The position numbers and the translations under genes were made by a program. Source: Silvanigrellaceae bacterium (GTDB lineage: Bacteria > Bdellovibrionota_B > Oligoflexia > Silvanigrellales > Silvanigrellaceae). From it: DNA of 15,190 nucleotides. Shown here piece after piece: positions 7,281 through 15,110 of this stretch (the first letter of the stretch is position 1; each line of letters begins with the position of its first letter). The notes under the pieces were generated by a model, which was not told where the DNA came from, did no database searches, and worked only from the letters and a program-made list of their open reading frames with translations. The stretch is from the NCBI GenBank assembly GCA_049423385.1, contig JBMSQQ010000083.1, positions 1-15,190 of the forward strand, given 5' to 3'.

Positions 7281-8729
7281 TTAAAAACCACGTCCCCGCG
7301 GTGCAGACAACTCGCCTGCAAATGTGGCTTTCACTGTCAGGTTCTTGATCTTTGCCGTGGAAAACTTTTTCAAGGCGCCGCCTGCTTGCTGGCCCGAGAT
7401 TTCCACGTGGGTGAAGTGATCGAAAATGAAAATTCCACCGACGTCCTCTTTTTTCAAACCCACACCCTGCGTCAAGGCCCCAAGAATGTCACCAGGACGA
7501 AGCTTGCTCGATTTGCCGCGGTTAATGTGGATCTTAACAAATTGCTGCACGCTTTGACATTCGCTGACAGATTCCGCGAGCAAAGGCAGATCGACAAGTT
7601 CGACGTCGGTCTGCTTGAGAAGATCCTGCAAGAAAGCACGGGACTGGTGGGTACAGAGACTGATTGTGCGACCGCTTTTGCCGGCCCGCCCCGAGCGTCC
7701 AGACCTGTGCAAATATTCCTGTTGCGTCGATGGGATTTCGAAATGAACGACAACCGACAAATCCGAAACGTCAATTCCTCGTGCCGCAAGATTTGTGGCA
7801 ACAAGATATTTTACACCACCTGCCTTGAACATTCGCATCATTGTTGCGCGCTCGATTTGACCAAGCTCTCCCGAGAGGCCTGCTGCCGGAATGCCTTGTT
7901 CCTTCAAGCCATCAACAACCAATTGAACTGCATTTCGAGTTTGGCAAAAAATGATTCCGGTTTCGGTCTCGGCAGAAATTTGTCGAAGAAGTTGCACCAA
8001 TGCCGATTGCCGATCTGAGCCTTTGCCAATCGTCACGACCTGATGGGCAATTCTCGGTCCCGGCGCAACGTTGGCGCTCTCTTGTTCCTGAAAGACGGAA
8101 CGAACATCGATGCGAGTTCCGCGATGAACGAGTCGATTTTGCAATCGACTTTGACCTTCAGACTCGGTTGCAGAGAATAGAGCTGCCTGAATCTTGTTTG
8201 GCAGAAGATCGCAAATTGCTTTGATTTGCGCTTCAAAGCCCATCCCAACCATCAAATCAGCTTCATCCAGAACCAGTGCCTTCAATTCCGACGTTTGCAA
8301 AACGTCTTGCTCCAACAGCTCCAGGGCGCGCCCCGGTGTTGCGACAACGACTGCTGGATTTTTGGAAATTTCGGCTTTTTGCGTCTCCGCCTTTTGGCCG
8401 CCAAAGACTGTTCGCACCTGAAGAGTTTTTCGATTCTCATCAAACAATACTGCCGCAACCTGTGTTGCAACTTGTGCAATTTGAGCACCAAGTTCACGAG
8501 TTGGAGCAAGAACCAGCAATTGCGTTTTGGCCAGCTCGGGGTCGAGACGTTCCATAAGCGGAACCAGAAATGCGAGTGTTTTCCCGGAACCCGTTGGAGA
8601 CAGTGCGAGCACGGATTCACCTTGCGCCAAAACGGGAATTGCTGCTTTTTGGATTTCCGTGAATTGGGAATAACCCATCCTTGCCATGATGGGGTGCATT
8701 TGAAATTCTTGTGTTGATTCGCTCGTCAT
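7281..8729 (-). CDS. dbpA: DEAD-box RNA helicase with C-terminal DbpA RNA-binding domain (DbpA-like)
   Basis: SPTGSGKT, PTREL, TPGR, DEAD, SAT, ARGID, HRSGRSGRAG. C-terminal INRGKSSKLRPGDILGALT...DVG.I.IFD matches the DbpA RNA-binding domain. Start ATG 8729 is uncertain (weak RBS). Confidence 0.85.
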   Translation of the reverse strand: MTSESTQEFQMHPIMARMGYSQFTEIQKAAIPVLAQGESVLALSPTGSGKTLAFLVPLMERLDPELAKTQLLVLAPTRELGAQIAQVATQVAAVLFDENRKTLQVRTVFGGQKAETQKAEISKNPAVVVATPGRALELLEQDVLQTSELKALVLDEADLMVGMGFEAQIKAICDLLPNKIQAALFSATESEGQSRLQNRLVHRGTRIDVRSVFQEQESANVAPGPRIAHQVVTIGKGSDRQSALVQLLRQISAETETGIIFCQTRNAVQLVVDGLKEQGIPAAGLSGELGQIERATMMRMFKAGGVKYLVATNLAARGIDVSDLSVVVHFEIPSTQQEYLHRSGRSGRAGKSGRTISLCTHQSRAFLQDLLKQTDVELVDLPLLAESVSECQSVQQFVKIHINRGKSSKLRPGDILGALTQGVGLKKEDVGGIFIFDHFTHVEISGQQAGGALKKFSTAKIKNLTVKATFAGELSAPRGRGF

Positions 8730-8889
8730 AACAACGCCCAAGGCCTGATTGCCTGAGACCCAAGTAGAGTGAACTGAACCCAAAAGATACCTGTATTTTC
8801 GAACAGCAAGTTTAAACAGCGTAAGCTTCCAAAACAACTAAACAAATTACTTGAAACCAGAGTCACCCGGAACACTCCGCGAACGGATT

Positions 8890-9798
8890 TTACTTCACAT
8901 CGACGGCTTGACTCAATGCAGGCAGAGGAAATGACGCCAGCAAGTGAAGATCTGAATCGTAGTACTCAACCCTCAAATCACCTGCAGTATTCAAAACCAA
9001 ATACGCGAAGCCAAGGGTTGATTTCGCGTATTCGGTTTCCTGGATCCGAGCGACAGGGCGAATTTTGGCAGCAGCGCCGCTGACAATTTGTGGTAGACCA
9101 CATTTCAAACGCAAAAATTGCAAATCGTGATCATGACCAGACACATATGCGCTGGCGTTGCCACACAGTTGAGGAGCAATGCTTTTAAGCATGAATGCGT
9201 TGTTCCCATGCTGACCGCCGGAAAGCATCGGAAAATGGCCAAAGACAATGCGATGCTTGGGTTGACTCGACGAAATCGTCTTTTCGAGCCACCTGCGCTG
9301 CTCTCCGTCGCGTTGCAGTGGAACGGTGTCGAGACCGATAAACTCGATACCCTTCTCAACAAAGCTATAGTAACGCGAGGGCATTCTCCAAAACATGGAC
9401 TTCTTGCTGTAATCCAACTGCGCTTTGATGTTGCCTCGGTTCCAGAAGGTTCCGTAATCATGATTACCCAAAATCACGAACAGCGGCATGACCAATGGGG
9501 CATAGGGAACTTCGAAGGCCGACTGAAACTGCTTGTCTTCGACTTCCCGAACTCCGTAGGGATAAAAATTGTCACCAAGCACAAGGCCGAAATCGCAACG
9601 ATGAAAATCACAAAATCTACGCATTGCACTGGCGACGATCATTTGTCCCTCTTCGCCAGTGCCCTGATCGCCAAACAGGAGGACGCCAAGCTCCAAACCT
9701 TCACTCTCAACCACCGGATTCGTATCCTGAGCAGAGCTCTCAGAACCTGAAAAGAAGGCGCAAAACAGAACCGCAGGCAACAACATCCTAAATTTCAT
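8890..9798 (-). CDS. Secreted calcineurin-like metallophosphoesterase (purple/tartrate-resistant acid phosphatase-like)
   Basis: GDQG, GDNFY, GNHDY, GHFP and GHDH motifs. Signal peptide from ATG 9798, with AGGGA upstream. Confidence 0.9.
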   Translation of the reverse strand: MKFRMLLPAVLFCAFFSGSESSAQDTNPVVESEGLELGVLLFGDQGTGEEGQMIVASAMRRFCDFHRCDFGLVLGDNFYPYGVREVEDKQFQSAFEVPYAPLVMPLFVILGNHDYGTFWNRGNIKAQLDYSKKSMFWRMPSRYYSFVEKGIEFIGLDTVPLQRDGEQRRWLEKTISSSQPKHRIVFGHFPMLSGGQHGNNAFMLKSIAPQLCGNASAYVSGHDHDLQFLRLKCGLPQIVSGAAAKIRPVARIQETEYAKSTLGFAYLVLNTAGDLRVEYYDSDLHLLASFPLPALSQAVDVK

Positions 9799-9935
9799 GA
9801 GAATTTCCCTACCGAGGTTTATACGGAAATGGGTTAGCCGAATTTTGCCAACAACTGCAAGCCATAAAAAAGTGGATCGAAAACCCTGAATCAGAGGGAA
9901 AAAACCCAATAAATACGGGTATTAAAATCAACCCA

Positions 9936-9963
9936 TTGAGTGACCAGCTGGCTCTACCGATAA
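9936..9963 (+). promoter_or_regulatory. Candidate sigma28/FliA-type promoter
   Basis: TTGAG-N15-ACCGATAA, about 31 nt upstream of ATG 9995. Same geometry as the element at 4097-4124. Confidence 0.4.
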
Positions 9964-9994
9964 GGCTCTTGTCGGCCCGGAGGATGATTCGGAA

Positions 9995-10564
9995 ATGAAA
10001 AATACACGATTTTCTGTTTGTGTGAATGTGCTCGGCTTTTCATTTCTGGCGGTCTCGTGCTCAGACAGCAGTTACGTCAGCGAAGTGAGTGATCAGAAGA
10101 CAAAAACAACAGTAAAAACATCTGCAGATTCGAACAGCTTGCCAACGAAAACGGAAATCCAGGGAACCTTCCAGGAAGTCACCAAACAGCCCGAAAGCCC
10201 GCCGCCTCAGGACAAGGTACTCGATATCTGCCTCAAGTCCTTCAATTCGCCGGAACTGACGAGTGCAGTGATCGACGCCACACGTTATGAAACGGTTTCA
10301 TTGTTCAACAACAACAACGGACTGGTTTTTTCGGATTCAAAAGTGACGAGTGGCCCGTCGATCATCAGAGTCACAATTGAATCCAAGACGGCAAACCAAG
10401 GGATTCTGGAATTGAACAATCCCTTCGGTTACTATTGCATCAATTATACAAGTCACGTGATGAACAATTTTACAATCAAGGCAGCCTGCAAGGCGAAGTT
10501 TGTCATCCTTGACGCACAATTCAACAAAGCCAACAACTTTGTCACCGAACAGACCTGCCCTTGA
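9995..10564 (+). CDS. Hypothetical lipoprotein (beta-rich, Cys-containing C-terminal domain)
   Basis: GGAGG upstream. Lipobox LAVSC, low-complexity T/S/P linker, then a domain with four Cys. Confidence 0.75.
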   Translation: MKNTRFSVCVNVLGFSFLAVSCSDSSYVSEVSDQKTKTTVKTSADSNSLPTKTEIQGTFQEVTKQPESPPPQDKVLDICLKSFNSPELTSAVIDATRYETVSLFNNNNGLVFSDSKVTSGPSIIRVTIESKTANQGILELNNPFGYYCINYTSHVMNNFTIKAACKAKFVILDAQFNKANNFVTEQTCP

Positions 10565-10583
10565 AGGGGCAGGTCTGTTCGGT
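10544..10583. repeat. Perfect 17-bp inverted repeat spanning the stop codon of 9995..10564
   Basis: ACCGAACAGACCTGCCC-ttgaag-GGGCAGGTCTGTTCGGT, with no U-tract after it on the coding strand. Confidence 0.9.
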
Positions 10584-10722
10584 ACAGGGTCACAAGATAC
10601 ACCTTGTCATCAAATATCTGACTCAGCCTCGAGTTTAATCGGAACATTGGATTAAAATTGAACCGAGTCATGCCGAGTGCGAGCTCGGGCATGCTGCTCG
10701 TCTTTAGTTCTGGAGGCAGTCC

Positions 10723-11700
10723 GTGACGTCCGTGGAAATCAGCAGCACCAAATTTCTCTCAAAAGAGCAACTCACGAACCTGAACTCGAAAATTCATGAA
10801 TTTGTGCTGAGCAAAGACGAAGAAGTCTCGAACAGTCAAATCGAACAAATCTGTGCAATTGCCCCATTGCATCAACTGACCATTGAAGACTGCAAGAATG
10901 GGAATCAAAGATCGAAATTTGAGCACTATCCTGGATACCTCTTCTTTGTTCTCCACTATTTCGAAACCGAGTTGGGGCAAGAGAGTGAAATTCACGTTGT
11001 CATTCGTGAAGGTGAATTGCTCATAATTTCGAATAAAAAGTGTCCAGAGGGCTTCAAAAGCTGGGCGGAATGCCTCGACCTTCTGGGTGAAAAGCCGTTC
11101 GCACAGATCATGCACAACATCTTCGACAACTGTGTCGACAGTGCCGAACGAAGAGTCGCCAGACTGGAAGATTTCGTGACGAAGGCAGCAACCTCAATCG
11201 TCAACGAAAGTTTCAACCCCAAATTGATTCTGCAGCTCAAGCAGCACTCGCTTCAATTTCAGCGCTCTGTCAGTGGCACCAATTCAGTTGTCCGTGAATT
11301 CATGGAAATGGCAGAATTGACGGTCGAGCAGCGGCTTTGGTATCGCAACATACAAGACCATCTGGAACGCCTGGCGAATGAAATCCACTTTTTGCACAGC
11401 GAAATGCTGGCCCTGTTCGATGTTTTTTGGGGTGCTTCAGGTTTTTATGCAAACGAGCAAATCAAGCGCCTCACGCTTATCGCGACAATCGGAGTTCCCC
11501 TGGCATTCTGGACAAGCTTTTTTGGAATGAATTTTGAGGTAATGCCCTTTCGTGAGCCCTGGTTCTTTTTTGCGGCCCTGGTGTTGATGACCGCGAGCAT
11601 GCTTGCAACTTACTTGTTCCTGTCGAGACAAGGGCTATTCAAGAACAGGTTTGAAAGAAGCAGCAGGATGTTCAGAGAACTGCAGAGTGACATCAAATGA
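10723..11700 (+). CDS. corA: CorA-family Mg2+/Co2+/Zn2+ transporter
   Basis: LH.LTIEDC...QRSKFE.Y, NEQIKRLT...P...SFFGMNF..MP, two C-terminal TM helices. GTG start with GGAGG at 10712-10716. Confidence 0.92.
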   Translation: MTSVEISSTKFLSKEQLTNLNSKIHEFVLSKDEEVSNSQIEQICAIAPLHQLTIEDCKNGNQRSKFEHYPGYLFFVLHYFETELGQESEIHVVIREGELLIISNKKCPEGFKSWAECLDLLGEKPFAQIMHNIFDNCVDSAERRVARLEDFVTKAATSIVNESFNPKLILQLKQHSLQFQRSVSGTNSVVREFMEMAELTVEQRLWYRNIQDHLERLANEIHFLHSEMLALFDVFWGASGFYANEQIKRLTLIATIGVPLAFWTSFFGMNFEVMPFREPWFFFAALVLMTASMLATYLFLSRQGLFKNRFERSSRMFRELQSDIK

Positions 11701-12218
11701 AGCACCTTGGTTGGATTTTCACCGCACTCTTGCTTTCTTTTGTAATGTGGAAACGCGTCCCCGAGCTGGCAAAGAATTTTGCAGCCGAGGGCAAGCCATT
11801 TCCGAGTTCGAATCTACAGAACATGGATGGATCATTTGTCACATTTCCGGAAGCGAATGGCGCGCCCTTCACCGTTGTGTTCTGGACTCGAACCTGTGGA
11901 CCCTGCAAACTCGAAATGGAAAGAATTCAAGATTCCGTCGCAAATGGAAAAATATCGCCCGATCGGATTGTCGCAATACACATTGGCGGAACGCCGTCGG
12001 AAGTGAAAACGCACATGGACAAATATGGCTTCACATTCCGAAGCGCTTTGGACCCGGATGGAATCGCCGCGGCAACTCTTGAGGTCAATCTGACTCCCAC
12101 AATTTTCCTGGTGTCCGGGGATAGAAAAATCGCGTGGGCCTCATCGGGACTGGGTCCAACTGACGTTTGGAGAATTGAGCAACACCTCAAAAAGCAAGAA
12201 AAAAACACAAATCCATAA
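11697..12218 (+). CDS. TlpA/ResA-family membrane-anchored thiol:disulfide oxidoreductase
   Basis: N-terminal TM anchor, FWTRTCGPCKLEM (WxxxCxxC), TPT cis-Pro loop. ATGA overlap with the corA stop. Confidence 0.88.
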   Translation: MKHLGWIFTALLLSFVMWKRVPELAKNFAAEGKPFPSSNLQNMDGSFVTFPEANGAPFTVVFWTRTCGPCKLEMERIQDSVANGKISPDRIVAIHIGGTPSEVKTHMDKYGFTFRSALDPDGIAAATLEVNLTPTIFLVSGDRKIAWASSGLGPTDVWRIEQHLKKQEKNTNP

Positions 12219-12301
12219 GCTCCGCGACAGACGGCCACTTTTCCTTGTACAAATTGAACTTGTTCTGATACCCACCCCGAGGCGCAATTGCCGGAGGGTT
12301 T

Positions 12302-12874
12302 ATGAAGAAGTTGTCGATTTCCATTTTTGTTGTCGCTGCAAGCGGATTTGTCTCACTGAACGCCCTGGCTTTCGGAAAGTTTCTGAATCAGTTTTCAGAA
12401 CACTACGATGCCAACAACATCTCCACGCAAAATCTGAGCGACTCGCAGTCTTGCGGAATCTGTCATGTGCGCGCCGGTGGTGGTGGAAAAAGAACTCCAT
12501 ACGGAGAGGATTTCCGTGACACTGCTCTCGGCGATGGCAAGGGATTTCCTGGAATTGAATTCATCGACAGCGACCAGGATGGCTTCTTGAATCTCGAAGA
12601 AATCCATCTGCAAACATCGCCAGGCCACGCAGACAGCAAGCCTGCCGGCCGTATTGAACTCTCATTGAAGGCAGATTCCACGCTGGTTTTGACTCCGGCG
12701 GGAAATTGTTCACAAATGGACCTGATTGCCTTTGGCTTTCAGTTCTCCGACAAAACCAACGTCGCCAAACTTGCGAATGTTTCCGGTTCAGCAAGTCTGA
12801 AAGTGGAGGGAAACTCCGGAGCGATTCTGGCCAAATGTGACGGCGAACAACTGTCCGGATCAATCCTCAAGTAA
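12302..12874 (+). CDS. Secreted putative c-type heme protein with DxDxDG Ca-binding-like repeat
   Basis: GGAGG RBS, signal peptide ending NALA, CGICH (12452-12466), GGGGKRTPYGEDF and DSDQDGFLNLEEI...TSPG. Confidence 0.75.
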   Translation: MKKLSISIFVVAASGFVSLNALAFGKFLNQFSEHYDANNISTQNLSDSQSCGICHVRAGGGGKRTPYGEDFRDTALGDGKGFPGIEFIDSDQDGFLNLEEIHLQTSPGHADSKPAGRIELSLKADSTLVLTPAGNCSQMDLIAFGFQFSDKTNVAKLANVSGSASLKVEGNSGAILAKCDGEQLSGSILK

Positions 12875-13004
12875 GCACCCAAGCAAGTCTGCGCCGCGTT
12901 CCAGAACATTTGGCACAGAATGGACTTGCAGATGTTTGCATTGGGTGGGGCGAATTTCAAAAACCGCCCCTGACTGACAAAAGAATCTTTGACAGGAGCG
13001 CATC

Positions 13005-13811
13005 TTGAGCTCGGGTTTTATCCTGAAATCACGTATGAAATGGGCCACTCGTCTGACAACGACATTCCTTGTGATGTTGACGGCTGCATGCCGGTCTGGT
13101 GGCCCTTCGGTCAATGATGCGCAAATTCTTTACACTTCTCCTGCAACATTCGTCGAATCCTATTGTGTTTCCAATCACGTTCGGGAATTCATCAATCTCA
13201 ATGAAGAACGCTCGAAGAGGTATGCGGAACTTTCTGATAATCGAAGTTTATCCATCTCAAAAAAATTGATTGCCTACGAACGCATTGCACTTGCAACATT
13301 GCCCCTGATTGAAAATCAAGCTCTGAAGTACCAAAGAGCAGGAGTCCCGCTCCTCTGTTTGGATGTGGTGGCCATGCACTCAACTCCGAACATGAACGAG
13401 AACCTCAAGATTCCATCCAAACCCTTCATGTATTTCGATGGCGGTGCGCTTTCAAAAAAGCTTCTGACTCAACAGCTCGTCGGCAATGAGGTTTTGCTCG
13501 AGAAAGAACTCGAAAACGCGCTCGCCAGGTTGAACGAAAATCACAGCTACAATTGCCTTCTCCGACACTTCGTTGAATCAACACTGCGCACCGTTCGCCT
13601 GGTTCCAAAGTACAGGGCAGCGAGTAAAAAAAGAGGCCTCCCAAACCCCTCCTTAATTCTGTCCGCCTATATCAATTCACAAATTCTGTTTTTCGGAACC
13701 GCGACGCAACTCGACCTGGAAGCGGCACCACTGCAATCCGAGGGGATTCCTGTTCTTTGCGATGATGTTCCACCCATCCCACTGGATGTTTCCGAGTTGC
13801 TGAACGATTGA
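13005..13811 (+). CDS. Hypothetical lipoprotein with internally duplicated helical domain
   Basis: TTG 13005 follows AGGAG (ATG 13035 is the alternative). Lipobox LTAAC. Two homologous halves ending GVPLLCLDV and GIPVLCDDV. Confidence 0.78.
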   Translation: MSSGFILKSRMKWATRLTTTFLVMLTAACRSGGPSVNDAQILYTSPATFVESYCVSNHVREFINLNEERSKRYAELSDNRSLSISKKLIAYERIALATLPLIENQALKYQRAGVPLLCLDVVAMHSTPNMNENLKIPSKPFMYFDGGALSKKLLTQQLVGNEVLLEKELENALARLNENHSYNCLLRHFVESTLRTVRLVPKYRAASKKRGLPNPSLILSAYINSQILFFGTATQLDLEAAPLQSEGIPVLCDDVPPIPLDVSELLND

Positions 13812-13932
13812 ATCCTGAAATTCCAGTAGAAAAAATTTCAATTGCGCAACCGGGCTTTCGAATGTAGCTCCCACGGCAGAACATCGGAAATAAATTTTTG
13901 TCCAAGTCATGGGATTCTCCCGGGGAGGCATC

Positions 13933-15084
13933 ATGCTCTTTCGCACCCGTCGTTCTCTCGTCGTTTCTTTGGCCACGCTTGCAATTCTCTCCGCATCCTG
14001 TGGAAAAGATGTCGAATCTTCGAATTCTGAATTGCAAACCGTGATTGGTCGCGGAGGTGCATACTTCGACAAGCGGGTTCAATTCATCAATGCACTGCCT
14101 GATCCCGTCGGCGGGAATGTTTGCGTCTATTTTGCCGAATATGAGACAGGCTTGGTTCCCAAATTCGAAGACAGACAATCCCTCACACCTGAACAGTCCG
14201 CGTTCTTGAGCCGTGTTGAACGGGAATCCGTGCCCGTGACTCTCTATCCTGTTTCGATTGCTGATTTGGAATACAACCTGGCGATGAAAGATACCGAAAG
14301 AAAACTGCGTGGAATTATTTCCGTTCCGGTTGGACTTTCTTTAGCTTATCTCGGACTCCTGCCCATGTTTATTGCGGTGGCCTGGACCGGCTCGGCGGCT
14401 GCATTGCTCCACCCTTTTATTCTCCCGTACCTGACTGGAGCCTTGGGCGGATTCGGAATTCTGAACCAGGCGACGCGCGACCTGAGCTACCGGAATCAGG
14501 GAATTCGGGTCGACAATGCAGTTTTCAACAAAGGCGGCTCACCCCGCAGGGCCAACCTTGGAGTCACAATGGCGTTCGTCAACTCCGCCCAGTCCTTGCC
14601 ACCAGCATCGTTGACAATGTGCCCCAGAAACCTCACTTCCGATGCCGTTCAACCGTACGCTCTGGACCTCCAGAACAAATACTTGTCACTGAAGGACAAA
14701 GACCGCTCGAGTTTGGCTTCGACCGCCCTCAACCAGCTCCGACAATCGAAGGGATGTCATTTCTCTGCGAACAACGGCAATGAAACAACGGTGTATCACG
14801 CAGAACAAAACGACGCTGATGGCAAAATGCTTCATTTGTCGATTTACAAAATCGGTGCAAACCAATCCATGTCCCGGATCGCCGGGGAAGATATGAAACT
14901 CCAATTGAGTTCAGACGCTGGAAGTGGTGCGAAATACATTTCAGACTCAGGAAATGGTTCTATTGCTATCTGGCTTTCGGAAATGCCGAATGGCTCAGCT
15001 GTTGGCGCAAAGCTTGCACACAAGCTCGTTTCGGGTGAATACGCAGATCATCGTTCGTTTGTGAGCGGAACCTGCAATCTGTAA
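13933..15084 (+). CDS. Hypothetical lipoprotein with internal hydrophobic hairpin
   Basis: ATG 13933 with GGAGG RBS. Lipobox LSASC. About 50-aa hydrophobic segment at 14314-14463. Confidence 0.75.
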   Translation: MLFRTRRSLVVSLATLAILSASCGKDVESSNSELQTVIGRGGAYFDKRVQFINALPDPVGGNVCVYFAEYETGLVPKFEDRQSLTPEQSAFLSRVERESVPVTLYPVSIADLEYNLAMKDTERKLRGIISVPVGLSLAYLGLLPMFIAVAWTGSAAALLHPFILPYLTGALGGFGILNQATRDLSYRNQGIRVDNAVFNKGGSPRRANLGVTMAFVNSAQSLPPASLTMCPRNLTSDAVQPYALDLQNKYLSLKDKDRSSLASTALNQLRQSKGCHFSANNGNETTVYHAEQNDADGKMLHLSIYKIGANQSMSRIAGEDMKLQLSSDAGSGAKYISDSGNGSIAIWLSEMPNGSAVGAKLAHKLVSGEYADHRSFVSGTCNL

Positions 15085-15110
15085 CTCAAAAATACGGAGC
15101 CATCCTCAAA

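Noticed and set aside
7185..8018. 277-aa plus-strand ORF (also 8226..8717)
   Set aside because: Antisense shadow of the DbpA-like helicase, with no motifs or convincing RBS.
9118..9750. 210-aa plus-strand ORF
   Set aside because: Antisense shadow of the metallophosphoesterase.
10307..10318. (AAC)4 as a phase-variation tract
   Set aside because: Short in-frame Asn codons that cannot shift the frame.
10544..10583. 17-bp inverted repeat as IS/MITE ends
   Set aside because: Arms are only 6 nt apart, with no target duplication, transposase or second copy in the window.
10590..10722. Known M-box or NiCo riboswitch upstream of corA
   Set aside because: I could not match their conserved core sequences by eye. 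Kept only as an unclassified candidate.
13672..14178. Minus-strand ORFs of 168 and 131 aa
   Set aside because: They overlap two well-supported plus-strand lipoprotein genes and have no recognisable motifs.
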